IMG/VR virus record: IMGVR_UViG_3300012984_000016
Span: 10,306 to 74,305 of that record
DNA from: a virus
DNA: 64,000 bases
Reading direction: 5' to 3' (one strand)
Of this stretch, positions 17,986 through 26,228 are shown in pieces (the stretch's first letter is position 1; each line of letters starts with the position of its first letter). The notes beneath the pieces are model-generated. The model did no database searches. It was not told the DNA's origin and was given only the letters and a program-made list of their open reading frames with translations. The translations under genes and the position numbers were made by a program.

Positions 17986-18277
17986 GACCGAACTGCCCGT
18001 CTCTGTAGTTGGTGCGTGGACCACGAGTGGACCAGCCACCCTTGGGGATCTTGACTCCAGCGCGCTCGCACTCGCCAGGTCCGGGTACGGTGCAGAACGC
18101 ATCGTGGTGGTGGTGCCGCCAGGTCGGGCACTCTTCGGTGCCGGTGCCGTGGTGGCTTCCTGAGTGGCCCCACTGGTCGCGCCCTGCCTTGAGAGCAGCC
18201 TGACGGCACGCGCGGTACTCGTCGATCCTGCCAGCGTTGACAGCCTCGTCGAAGGTCAGCGACTCGATGGGAGTCAT
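17978..18277 (-). CDS. His/Cys-rich hypothetical protein
   Basis: ATGA coupling; GGAG SD. Confidence 0.55.
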   Translation of the reverse strand: MTPIESLTFDEAVNAGRIDEYRACRQAALKAGRDQWGHSGSHHGTGTEECPTWRHHHHDAFCTVPGPGECERAGVKIPKGGWSTRGPRTNYRDGQFGRA

Positions 18278-18738
18278 CGCCACTCCAGGTCGGTGAGTTC
18301 TGCACGGCGGGCCATGAGCAAGGTGCCGAGCCAGTTCAGGCCCTCCCAGCGCATCTTGGTGTTGTTCCAGGTCATGCCCCAGAACTTGTCGCCCCAGGTG
18401 TTGCCTTCGATCAGCCCGTAGTCCAAGGTGTTCAGGACCAACTTGGTGCTGAGGTCGTGAGGCTTCTCCGACATGCCAGGGAACTTGTGGTCCAGCGCAG
18501 TGCGCATCACTTCGAGCCGGTAGTAGTTCCAGTCCCCGCGCATGGTGCACCGGGCCCCGAGACGCTTCGCTTCCTTGGGGGTAGCCGCCTTCCGAATCTC
18601 CTTGGCCTGCTGCTTCTTCTTCGCCTTCATCGACTGGAAGTAGTGCTCGACCGTGGGGTAGTGCAGCCCGTCGATCTTCATCGGGCTCGGGTGGAAGTTG
18701 CTGAGGAAGGCGTACTCCCCGGTGAAGCGCGTGATCAT
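18274..18738 (-). CDS. NADAR (YbiA-like) family protein
   Basis: FLSNF, TVEHYFQ.MK, AKRLG, LIEGNTWGD.FWG, G.NWLG.LLM. Confidence 0.9.
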   Translation of the reverse strand: MITRFTGEYAFLSNFHPSPMKIDGLHYPTVEHYFQSMKAKKKQQAKEIRKAATPKEAKRLGARCTMRGDWNYYRLEVMRTALDHKFPGMSEKPHDLSTKLVLNTLDYGLIEGNTWGDKFWGMTWNNTKMRWEGLNWLGTLLMARRAELTDLEWR

Positions 18739-20024
18739 CCTTCGTCCTCCACGTACTCCTCGCGGACCTCCGTCAGGATGCCGGAGTTGACATCGAAGCG
18801 GACCTTGGTCTTGCCGAACTCGGGACCGCCACGGTTCTTGACCAGGGAGTAGTACATGAGTCCCTCGTCCTTCTTCCGGCCGATGGAGATGACCACGTCG
18901 GAGTCCTGACCGATGGAGTCGCCGTACGCGATGTGCTCCAGCCGAGGGAGGAAGCCCGCGCCTGCCTTGATGGACTCGCGGTTGACCTGAGCGGAGCAGC
19001 CCGCGATGACGTTGTGTCGCTTGCCGATCGACGCGGTGGCCGACGAGAGTTTGCGGATGGACACGTGGTCCGACTCGTTGCGGCCCGCCTCCGGGGGCTT
19101 GACCAGCGTGAGGTAGTCCAGCCAGAACATGTCCGGCTTGTACACCTCGACCTCAGCCTCGACGCGCTCCATAGTGTAGGGGTCCGACAGGTGCTGGATG
19201 TCGGCGACCACCAGCGACCCGGGCAGCCGCTCCTCGCACGCCTGCAGGAACTTGCGCATGTTGCGGTCGGACACGCGCCCCTGGTTCAGGTCGTGGTTCT
19301 TGAGCACCTTGTCCAGCGACCCGCCGCCTCCGTACATCTTCTGTGAGAAGATCGTGTACATGCGCGTGGCGACTTCGAACAGCGACATCTCCAGCGGGTA
19401 CAGGATCACGTTCTGACCCTGCAGGACTGCCGAGGCAACGAAGCACAGGTCCACCCAGGACTTGCCCATGCCCGAGCGCCCGATGATGGTGTACATGCGC
19501 TGCTTCTGCAGTCCGCCGGTCACGGCGTCGAACCGGTCGAACCCGGTGGGGATGCCAGCGATCTGACCGTTGCGTCGCTTGGCTACCTCGCCGCGCATGG
19601 CCTTGCTGACCTCAGGCGCGAACAGGTTGACGAGGTGGCTCTGCTCCTTGGAGGAGAAGGCCAGCGCGTTCAACTTGGACTGCATGGTCTGGATCGCGTC
19701 GTCCACCGACTCGTAGGAGTCCGCCTCGTCCGCAGCCGCGTTCAGGCTCTCCATGAACAGGACGTACTTGCGACGCTGCCGAGCCTGTGACACCAGCAGG
19801 GGCAACTCGGACTTCTTGACCTTCGGCAACTCCAGGTCCGGGAACCGTGCCCGAAGGGTGTCCTCAGAAGGGATGGTGAAGTGTTCCTTGTTGGTCTTGA
19901 CGATGTAGCGCCAGATGGTCTGGTTCTCGTCCAGGAAGTGATCCCGGTCGATGCCGAGGGACTGAAGGTCCCGCAGCCCGTCGTACTTGACCACGTACGA
20001 GAGAAGAGCGGTGTCGATCGACAC
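18735..20024 (-). CDS. dnaB: DnaB-like replicative helicase
   Basis: GIPTGF, GRSGMGKS, LEMS, LDYL, AQVNR, QDSDVV, KNRGG. Confidence 0.92.
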   Translation of the reverse strand: MSIDTALLSYVVKYDGLRDLQSLGIDRDHFLDENQTIWRYIVKTNKEHFTIPSEDTLRARFPDLELPKVKKSELPLLVSQARQRRKYVLFMESLNAAADEADSYESVDDAIQTMQSKLNALAFSSKEQSHLVNLFAPEVSKAMRGEVAKRRNGQIAGIPTGFDRFDAVTGGLQKQRMYTIIGRSGMGKSWVDLCFVASAVLQGQNVILYPLEMSLFEVATRMYTIFSQKMYGGGGSLDKVLKNHDLNQGRVSDRNMRKFLQACEERLPGSLVVADIQHLSDPYTMERVEAEVEVYKPDMFWLDYLTLVKPPEAGRNESDHVSIRKLSSATASIGKRHNVIAGCSAQVNRESIKAGAGFLPRLEHIAYGDSIGQDSDVVISIGRKKDEGLMYYSLVKNRGGPEFGKTKVRFDVNSGILTEVREEYVEDEG

Positions 20025-20124
20025 GGGTGGAGCCTCCCTGGATGCGAGCGTGAATGCTCTATCCTACGTGGCCAAAGTGCGGAGGCCGGATCCGGGCATA
20101 GGACTGGCCGTAGAAAGGTGACAC

Positions 20125-20466
20125 TTGGTTTGCCCAGGAATTCTCATTGGTGTTACACCGTATTTGAATTCCTCGGCAAACCGATAGGTCTGTGACCCTG
20201 CGGCGAGTGCGCCGCCTCGCCCCCGAGGAGTCGAGGGGTATCGTACGCAATCACAATTTCTGCCATGGGTGACGCCCGAATCAGGGCATGCAGAAGCCCG
20301 GGTAGAGGCTCCTGCGAGGGGGCGATCTACCCGGGCTCCTGTGTACTGGACCGAGGCGACGGGGGAGGCACCCCGGCCCAGCGAAAGCATCATACGCGAT
20401 CCAGATGTTTGCACTCGGGAGAGTGGGGTAGAATGCTATCACGACTCTTCACCGGGATGCGGTGGA
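20125..20466 (+). ncRNA. Putative structured RNA or long 5' leader in the divergent intergenic region
   Basis: Series of stems, including perfect 11-bp GCCCGGGTAGA/TCTACCCGGGC; GNRA loops and G-U pairs on the plus strand. Confidence 0.5.
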
Positions 20467-20485
20467 CTCACAAACGGAGCGTGAC

Positions 20486-20725
20486 ATGAAGTTCCTGATG
20501 ATCGACGACCTGATGGTGGAAGGCGAGACCTACACCGATGTCGTCGCGGCGATGGCCCGCTCCAAGATGCGCCGCCCGCGCTCGCTGGAGCAGTACCGCC
20601 AGTCGACCGCCGACCGGATCCTTGAGGTGTACCAACTCAAGATCGATCCGTCCACCGACGAGACCTTCGTGAAGTCGATGATCGTCGCTGGCCTCATGCG
20701 CAAGACCCGCGCCAAGAGCCGATGA
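20486..20725 (+). CDS. Hypothetical protein
   Basis: GGAG SD; ATGA coupling to helicase. Confidence 0.65.
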   Translation: MKFLMIDDLMVEGETYTDVVAAMARSKMRRPRSLEQYRQSTADRILEVYQLKIDPSTDETFVKSMIVAGLMRKTRAKSR

Positions 20726-22554
20726 AACTCGGCATCGCCAAGGCGTCCGACGCCTACCCTCAGACGCACCTTGTGCTCGTGGTGCAGATGAAGGAGGCCT
20801 CGGGCGTCGGGTACACCATCCGTGAGATCCTGCCGAAGGGCATCGAGCCGATCCGGGGTCGCAACCGTACCACGGGCGACTGGATCTACCGCTTCGACAT
20901 CTCCTATCTCGAGATGCTGATGCTGGCGTTCCCCACGGCTGACCTCAGCGAGGGCCTGCACAAGCGGCTCATCAAGTTGACGCAGCGTGAGATCGACAAC
21001 ATGCCGGTGCCGAAGTTGAAGGTCCCCGGCCTGATCAAGGTGTGGCCCGCTGGCACTCCGCTGGCTGGCGAGCCGTTCAGGCTGTTCAACTTCCAGAAGG
21101 TCGCGATCGAGATGATCGTGCGCTACCTCAAGGGTGAGATCTCCTACAAGGACTTCGAGCCCTTCCTGGCCTTTCTGCAGAACGATGAGATGGGTCTTGG
21201 CAAGACGCTCATGGCGCTGTGCGCGCTCCGGCTCGCCGAGGCCTACCCGGCTCTGATCATCGCACCGAAGAACGGCCTCACGGTGTGGGAGCGCGAGGCG
21301 ATGCAGAAGTTGGGCCTGTGCGTGACGGTGGTGTCCGCCGACCGCATGAACATGGCGCAGCGCCGCGCTGCCATCGACGCCCGCGACGACATGACGGTGA
21401 TCATCCCCGAGACCACCCGTGGTCGATTCAACTGGACCTACGAGGACAACGGCAAGCGGGCGGATCGCATCTGGGCTGGCAACATCCCCGAGTTGTACGA
21501 CTACGAGTACGACACCCTGGTCGTGGACGAGTACCACCGCTACGGCAACCTCGACGCTCAGCAAACCCAGGGCTACCTGCAGATCCAGTCCAAGCGGCTG
21601 CTGCCGATGTCGGGCACCCCGTTCATGAACACGCCCCTTGAGTTGTTCCCCACGCTGCACAAGATGGCACCGGACCTGTACCCGGACTACGAGACGTACC
21701 GCCTGTCCATCGGCATCTACGAGCAGGGCAAGCCGCGCCCCGTGGGCTACAAGCCCAAGCAGATGAAGAAGTTGAAGAAGTTCATCGACGCCAACTCCAT
21801 CCGTCGCCGCCGCGACCACGTCATCAAGGATCTGCCGAAGGAACACATCGTCACGGTCCCGATCCAACTGACGAAGGAACAGCGCAAGATCTACAACGTC
21901 GTGCGTGACGAGTTCAAGTTGGTGCTGGAGTCCGGCGAGAAGGTCCCCATGACCTCCGTCCGCTCGCACATCATGCGACTCAAGCAGGCGTGCTTCTCCC
22001 CCGAACTGTTCGGCGGTTCGAAGCACTCCGCCAAGATCGACGAGTTGCAGGAGCGGTTGGACGAACTGGTCGCCTCCGGTGAGAAGGCCCTGCTGGGCTC
22101 CGAGTGGGCCAAGGCGGCTCGCATCATGGAGCGCGAGTTCGCACGGTTCAACCCCGCGTACGTGGACGGCACAATCGCCTCGGTGGACAAGCGCCAGGCT
22201 CAGGCCGACAAGTTCAACACGGACGAGGACTGCAAGTTGTTCATCGGCACCATCAAGGCCAACCGTGAGGCCATCTCACTTCCGGCTGCTTCGTACGTCG
22301 GCTTCTCTGACGAGGAGTGGAGCCCGCAGGTCAACGCTCAGTTCATCGCCCGCTCGGCGGTCGGTGGACTGCGAGGCCTGGACGCCAAGGTGGAGCAGGT
22401 CATCATCCTCAAGTTCCGCGCCGAGGACACGGTGGAGGAGCGGCTCGAAGAGTACCTCCGCGAGAAGGCCAACCTGTTCTCCTCCGTGGTGGACAAGGAC
22501 GGTGGCGGGTTCAAGAACCGGACCGAGGCCAAGTCGCTGCTCGACATCCTGTAG
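20722..22554 (+). CDS. SNF2/SWI2-family helicase
   Basis: DEMGLGKT, VVDEYH, MSGTP, RRRRDHV.KDLP, RLKQ, TVEE. Confidence 0.9.
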   Translation: MKLGIAKASDAYPQTHLVLVVQMKEASGVGYTIREILPKGIEPIRGRNRTTGDWIYRFDISYLEMLMLAFPTADLSEGLHKRLIKLTQREIDNMPVPKLKVPGLIKVWPAGTPLAGEPFRLFNFQKVAIEMIVRYLKGEISYKDFEPFLAFLQNDEMGLGKTLMALCALRLAEAYPALIIAPKNGLTVWEREAMQKLGLCVTVVSADRMNMAQRRAAIDARDDMTVIIPETTRGRFNWTYEDNGKRADRIWAGNIPELYDYEYDTLVVDEYHRYGNLDAQQTQGYLQIQSKRLLPMSGTPFMNTPLELFPTLHKMAPDLYPDYETYRLSIGIYEQGKPRPVGYKPKQMKKLKKFIDANSIRRRRDHVIKDLPKEHIVTVPIQLTKEQRKIYNVVRDEFKLVLESGEKVPMTSVRSHIMRLKQACFSPELFGGSKHSAKIDELQERLDELVASGEKALLGSEWAKAARIMEREFARFNPAYVDGTIASVDKRQAQADKFNTDEDCKLFIGTIKANREAISLPAASYVGFSDEEWSPQVNAQFIARSAVGGLRGLDAKVEQVIILKFRAEDTVEERLEEYLREKANLFSSVVDKDGGGFKNRTEAKSLLDIL

Positions 22555-22558
22555 CAGC

Positions 22559-22567
22559 GCGTACAAT
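22559..22567 (+). promoter_or_regulatory. Extended -10 element GCGTACAAT
   Basis: Recurring motif in intergenic gap upstream of AAGGAG SD. Confidence 0.55.
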
Positions 22568-22590
22568 ACTTGCAACGAGAAGGAGTTGTC

Positions 22591-22962
22591 ATGAAGGACA
22601 AGAAACTGCGCGAACTGATCGACGAGCGCGAGGTCATGAAGAAGAACGAGGACGCGGTCATCGCGGCCCGCAAGGCTGTGGACGCGAAGATCATCAAGGA
22701 ACTCGACGAGCGCAAGACCAAGTCCCTCACGATGGACGACGGTCTCAAGGTGACCCGCGCCACCCAGAAGCGCACCACGTACTCCTTCGAGAAGTTGGTC
22801 GGTCTCATCGGCGCGACCAAGGCGAAGAAGTACCAGGCCCAGGCTGTCGACAAGGAAGCCCTCGCGGCTGGCATCGGCGAGGGCAAGGTGGCCCCCGACG
22901 TGCTGTCCGGCATCGCTGAGGTCACCGAGTCGGCTCCGTGGATCCAGGTCAGCGGCACCTGA
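22591..22962 (+). CDS. Hypothetical coiled-coil protein
   Basis: AAGGAG SD; strong codon bias. Confidence 0.75.
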   Translation: MKDKKLRELIDEREVMKKNEDAVIAARKAVDAKIIKELDERKTKSLTMDDGLKVTRATQKRTTYSFEKLVGLIGATKAKKYQAQAVDKEALAAGIGEGKVAPDVLSGIAEVTESAPWIQVSGT

Positions 22963-23555
22963 TGTACATCCGGAACCTCACCCGGATCACGAGCCGGTCG
23001 ACGGTCAAGCCAGGTGTGACCATCGTCGCCCTGCCGAAGGGTACTGAGGACGGACTGGACCTCGACCTCGAGAAGTACCCGATGGGTGTCCTGGTGAACG
23101 TCGGCTTCTCGTCGTACACCATCCGTGCCGCTGACGGTCATCGCCGGTCGCTGCTGTGGGCCGAGCACGACATGTACCTCGTGCAGGTCACGGAGACCAC
23201 GCCCGACGTGGCTCCGGCGTTCCCGATGCCCGGGGAGGACGAGGCCTTCGATGCCACAGACATGGATCTGGGCGTCAAGGCGGGCCGAGCAGCCGTCATG
23301 GGCATGCCTGGCCACCCCGGCATGCGTTCGCCCGCTGAGATCGCCGACACAGCCGCCAAGGCCGCTGTGGTGATCGAGCGGAAGCGGCTTGCCGAGCGGC
23401 TCCGCGACCGAGCCCTGTGGGTGCAACCGAACGAAGAGAATCTGCCCGCCGAGTTGCAGCCCGCTGCTCAGCGTTGGATGTTCTCCATCGCCACCCAGAT
23501 CGAGCAGGGACTGCCGGTCAAGACCCAACAGGAACTTGACCCTGACGATGCGTAG
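22962..23555 (+). CDS. Hypothetical protein
   Basis: TGATG coupling. Confidence 0.65.
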   Translation: MYIRNLTRITSRSTVKPGVTIVALPKGTEDGLDLDLEKYPMGVLVNVGFSSYTIRAADGHRRSLLWAEHDMYLVQVTETTPDVAPAFPMPGEDEAFDATDMDLGVKAGRAAVMGMPGHPGMRSPAEIADTAAKAAVVIERKRLAERLRDRALWVQPNEENLPAELQPAAQRWMFSIATQIEQGLPVKTQQELDPDDA

Positions 23556-23567
23556 CGAGTGCGTAAC

Positions 23568-23804
23568 ATGACCACTGGAAGATCGTTGAAGCAGTGGATC
23601 GCCGAGGAGAAGGGTCCGTACCAGGACCACATGACCTCCGGGGAACTCTGCATCTACCTCAACATCAACCCGCGCACCCTGCGTGAGTGGAAGAAGAAGC
23701 CGTGGTTCCCACCACCCGAGGTCATCACAGCCAAGGGTTGGGGACTGTGGTCACCCGATCAACAAACGGCTCTGCTGCGCAGGCGGCTCGGAGAGGACAG
23801 GTAG
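23568..23804 (+). CDS. MerR/excisionase-like HTH DNA-binding protein
   Basis: TSGELCIYLNINPRTLREW...FPPP. Confidence 0.65.
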   Translation: MTTGRSLKQWIAEEKGPYQDHMTSGELCIYLNINPRTLREWKKKPWFPPPEVITAKGWGLWSPDQQTALLRRRLGEDR

Positions 23805-24526
23805 TGGCGAAGAAGAAGTACGAAGCCAAGGACATCAGGAAGCCCCTGATCTTCAAGGTCCGCAAGGGCACCTCGGACGAGAAGTCCATCGCCGAGGTCG
23901 TGACCCGCAGGGGTTACGGTCGCTACAACTTCACGCCGCGCCCCGGTGAGCAGTGGATCGACCTCGGTGCGAACATCGGCGCGTTCGCAGTGTGGGCAGC
24001 CGCTCACGGTGCCAACGTCGCTGCGTACGAGCCCGAGCCCGGGTGCTACGAGCGCCTGGTGATCAACGCCGGTCTCAACGGCAAGACGATCCAGGACCGC
24101 ATCACTCCGATCCAGTCCGGCGTTGCTGCTGACGCTCGCAAGAAGAAGATGCACATGTCCGTGAACTCCGCTCGCGGCAACGTGTGGCGGTCGTCCATGT
24201 TCAAGGACTGGCAGGGCGGCGAGTCCATCGACGTTCCGGTCACCACCGTCGAGGGTCTCTGGACCCCTGACAACTGCATCAAGATGGACATCGAGGGCAT
24301 GGAGATGCCGATCCTCGAACGGTTCGCTGACAAGCCCGTCAAGCGGCTGGTGTTCGAGTGGTCGTTCGACATCGACCCGTCGCTCGACCGCTTCCGCCAG
24401 GTCATCAAGACCCTGCAGGAGACCTACCCCAACGTCAAGGGCGGCAACGTCCCGGACGACGCGCCTGAGGACAAGTGGCAGCCCCAGTGGTTCCCGCCGT
24501 GCCGACTGGTGTACTGCTGGTCATGA
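23804..24526 (+). CDS. FkbM-family SAM-dependent methyltransferase
   Basis: IDLGANIGAF, AYEPEP, IKMDIEG.E. Confidence 0.85.
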   Translation: MAKKKYEAKDIRKPLIFKVRKGTSDEKSIAEVVTRRGYGRYNFTPRPGEQWIDLGANIGAFAVWAAAHGANVAAYEPEPGCYERLVINAGLNGKTIQDRITPIQSGVAADARKKKMHMSVNSARGNVWRSSMFKDWQGGESIDVPVTTVEGLWTPDNCIKMDIEGMEMPILERFADKPVKRLVFEWSFDIDPSLDRFRQVIKTLQETYPNVKGGNVPDDAPEDKWQPQWFPPCRLVYCWS

Positions 24527-24813
24527 TGGTCATCGTGTTCGTCCTCATCGCCTGGATCATCGGCATGACAGCCATGGCTTGCCTGCTGTTCCTGTCGTAC
24601 GCCCAGGACACGGGCGAGGACCCCGAGGTGGCGGTCATGGGTGCTGGCATGGTGCTGTTCTGGCCTGCTGTGCTCGCGGTGGCCGGGTACGTTGCCGCTC
24701 GCACACGCTGGATCCAGCACCGTCAGCAAACATCACCCAGGCCCCCGTGTGTAACGTGTGCACTGAACGGGGTAACATGTACTCAGGGAACGCAGCGCGA
24801 CTGCGAGTCTTGA
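24523..24813 (+). CDS. Membrane protein (2 TM)
   Basis: Two hydrophobic stretches; ATGA coupling. Confidence 0.55.
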   Translation: MMVIVFVLIAWIIGMTAMACLLFLSYAQDTGEDPEVAVMGAGMVLFWPAVLAVAGYVAARTRWIQHRQQTSPRPPCVTCALNGVTCTQGTQRDCES

Positions 24814-24839
24814 GTTAAACTTCCACCCGAGAGGTTGCA

Positions 24840-25100
24840 GTGGCCACCAAAGCAAGCACATCAGGCGCGGAGCCCGGTCCCCCGGGACTCGCCCGTGCCT
24901 GGTCCCAGACCACCATCAAGATCGGTCTCGGCAACTTCTCGTCGATCGAGACCTCGTTCGGTGCTACTCGCGACTGCGAGGACGACCCGGACGCGATCAA
25001 GAAGGCTCAGGACGACCTGCACAAGATGAACGAGAAGCAGATCGAACGGGCCATGAAGAAGTACAAGGCGCTGGAAGGCGAGGTGGGTTACGGTGGGTAA
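24840..25100 (+). CDS. Hypothetical protein
   Basis: GAGG SD; codon bias. Confidence 0.65.
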   Translation: MATKASTSGAEPGPPGLARAWSQTTIKIGLGNFSSIETSFGATRDCEDDPDAIKKAQDDLHKMNEKQIERAMKKYKALEGEVGYGG

Positions 25101-25914
25101 GAAGGACAAGAAGGACAAGAAGCCCGCTCCGCTCGAAGGCTCCAAGATCTACTTCAAGCCGAAGGACGGCACGAAGTCCCGACGCGGAGGCATCTTCCTC
25201 CGTGCCATCGACAAGAAGACCTACGAGGTTCAACTCGACGGTGACCCGTTCACCGTATCCGTCAAGGCGGAACAGGTCACCACTTCGAGTAAGAACGAGA
25301 CCCAGGAGGTCCCCGAGATGAGCACCACCACCGCTGACAAGAGCACCACGAAGACCCTCCGCAAGGAGGCCAAGGCGCTCAAGATCGAGGGCTGGGAGGA
25401 GATGTCGCTCGCCGACCTCACCGCCGCAGTCGAGACCGCCCGAGGCAGCAACGGCAAGGCTGACAAGCCCGCCAAGGCCACCAAGGGTGCGGCCAAGAAG
25501 ACCACGGCCAAGAAGGCCGCTCCGGCTGCCAAGAAGGCCGCTGCTCCGGCTGCGAAGAAGGCCGCTGCCAAGAAGACCGCTCCGGCCAAGAAGGCGGCTC
25601 CGGCGAAGAAGGCGGCTGCGGCTCCGGTCGAGCCCGCCGCGAACGGCAACCCGTTCAAGCCGGGTACCAACTTCGCGTACATCGCGGACGAGGTCATCGC
25701 GGGCGGCAAGCGCAGCAAGATGGTCAAGGCGCTCAAGAAGAAGATCGAACTGGCCCCGCGCACGCGAGCCGGTTCGGACTACGACGTGGACGCCGAACTC
25801 GACCGTCGCATCCTGATCGTCGGCCAGACCCTGAAGAACGAGCACAACTTCACGGTCGAGCGCGAGGGTCGCGGCGCGGACGCGACCATCGTCGCCACCC
25901 CTCCGGCTTCCTGA
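25093..25914 (+). CDS. Histone H1-like DNA-binding protein with PAKK/AKKA repeats
   Basis: KKAAPAAKK repeats at about 25455-25625; Rho-N/HeH-like LRKEAKALKIEGWEEMSLADL. Confidence 0.75.
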   Translation: MGKKDKKDKKPAPLEGSKIYFKPKDGTKSRRGGIFLRAIDKKTYEVQLDGDPFTVSVKAEQVTTSSKNETQEVPEMSTTTADKSTTKTLRKEAKALKIEGWEEMSLADLTAAVETARGSNGKADKPAKATKGAAKKTTAKKAAPAAKKAAAPAAKKAAAKKTAPAKKAAPAKKAAAAPVEPAANGNPFKPGTNFAYIADEVIAGGKRSKMVKALKKKIELAPRTRAGSDYDVDAELDRRILIVGQTLKNEHNFTVEREGRGADATIVATPPAS

Positions 25915-25927
25915 GCCGGTCGCGAAC

Positions 25928-26073
25928 GTCCCTGCTCCACCCGTGAGGATCCCCCGGGATCTTCCCAGCAGCGGTGCCGATACAGCGCTGGTGTGTGGTG
26001 GAGCAGGGGCCCTGCAAGAGCCCCAGAGCAAGGCGGTCTAACGTTCCGTCCACAAACCGCTCTGGGGCTCTTG
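25928..26073 (+). ncRNA. Two long-stem putative small RNAs upstream of tRNA
   Basis: Perfect 12-bp and 15-bp closing stems enclosing inner hairpins. Confidence 0.45.
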
Positions 26074-26077
26074 TTCG

Positions 26078-26148
26078 TCCGGGATCGTCTAATGGCAGGA
26101 CACCGGGTTTTGGTCCCGGCTACGCGGGTTCGACCCCTGCTCCCGGAG
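26078..26148 (+). tRNA. tRNA-Gln (anticodon TTG)
   Basis: Cloverleaf: acceptor TCCGGGA/TCCCGGA (U1-A72), D loop AATGGCA, anticodon arm CCGGG-TTTTGGT-CCCGG, T arm GCGGG-TTCGACC-CCTGC; CCA not encoded. Confidence 0.92.
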
Positions 26149-26170
26149 CAAGTGCAGTCATCGGTGAGAG

Positions 26171-26198
26171 TTTGTTACTTGTGACGATCGGGTATAAT
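26171..26198 (+). promoter_or_regulatory. SigA-type promoter (TATAAT)
   Basis: Perfect TATAAT at 26193-26198 with TTTGTT about 16 nt upstream, in an intergenic AT-rich patch. Confidence 0.55.
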
Positions 26199-26228
26199 CA
26201 CAAGTACAGACGACTGAGGGAGAAGGCC

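Noticed and set aside
20175-20200. c-di-GMP-I riboswitch suggested by GGCAAACC
   Set aside because: The following GAAA stem and GACGCAAAGC are absent; the sequence is one arm of an inverted repeat
23536-23569. Canonical -35/-10 pair TTGACC...TAACAT
   Set aside because: A 22-nt spacer is too long; only the -10 motif was retained
23568-23804. Lysogeny module suggested by an excisionase-like HTH
   Set aside because: No integrase, repressor pair or att site recognisable in the window
25945-25965. CRISPR-repeat mimic (GGATCCCC...GGGAT)
   Set aside because: Single copy with only superficial similarity to type I-E repeats
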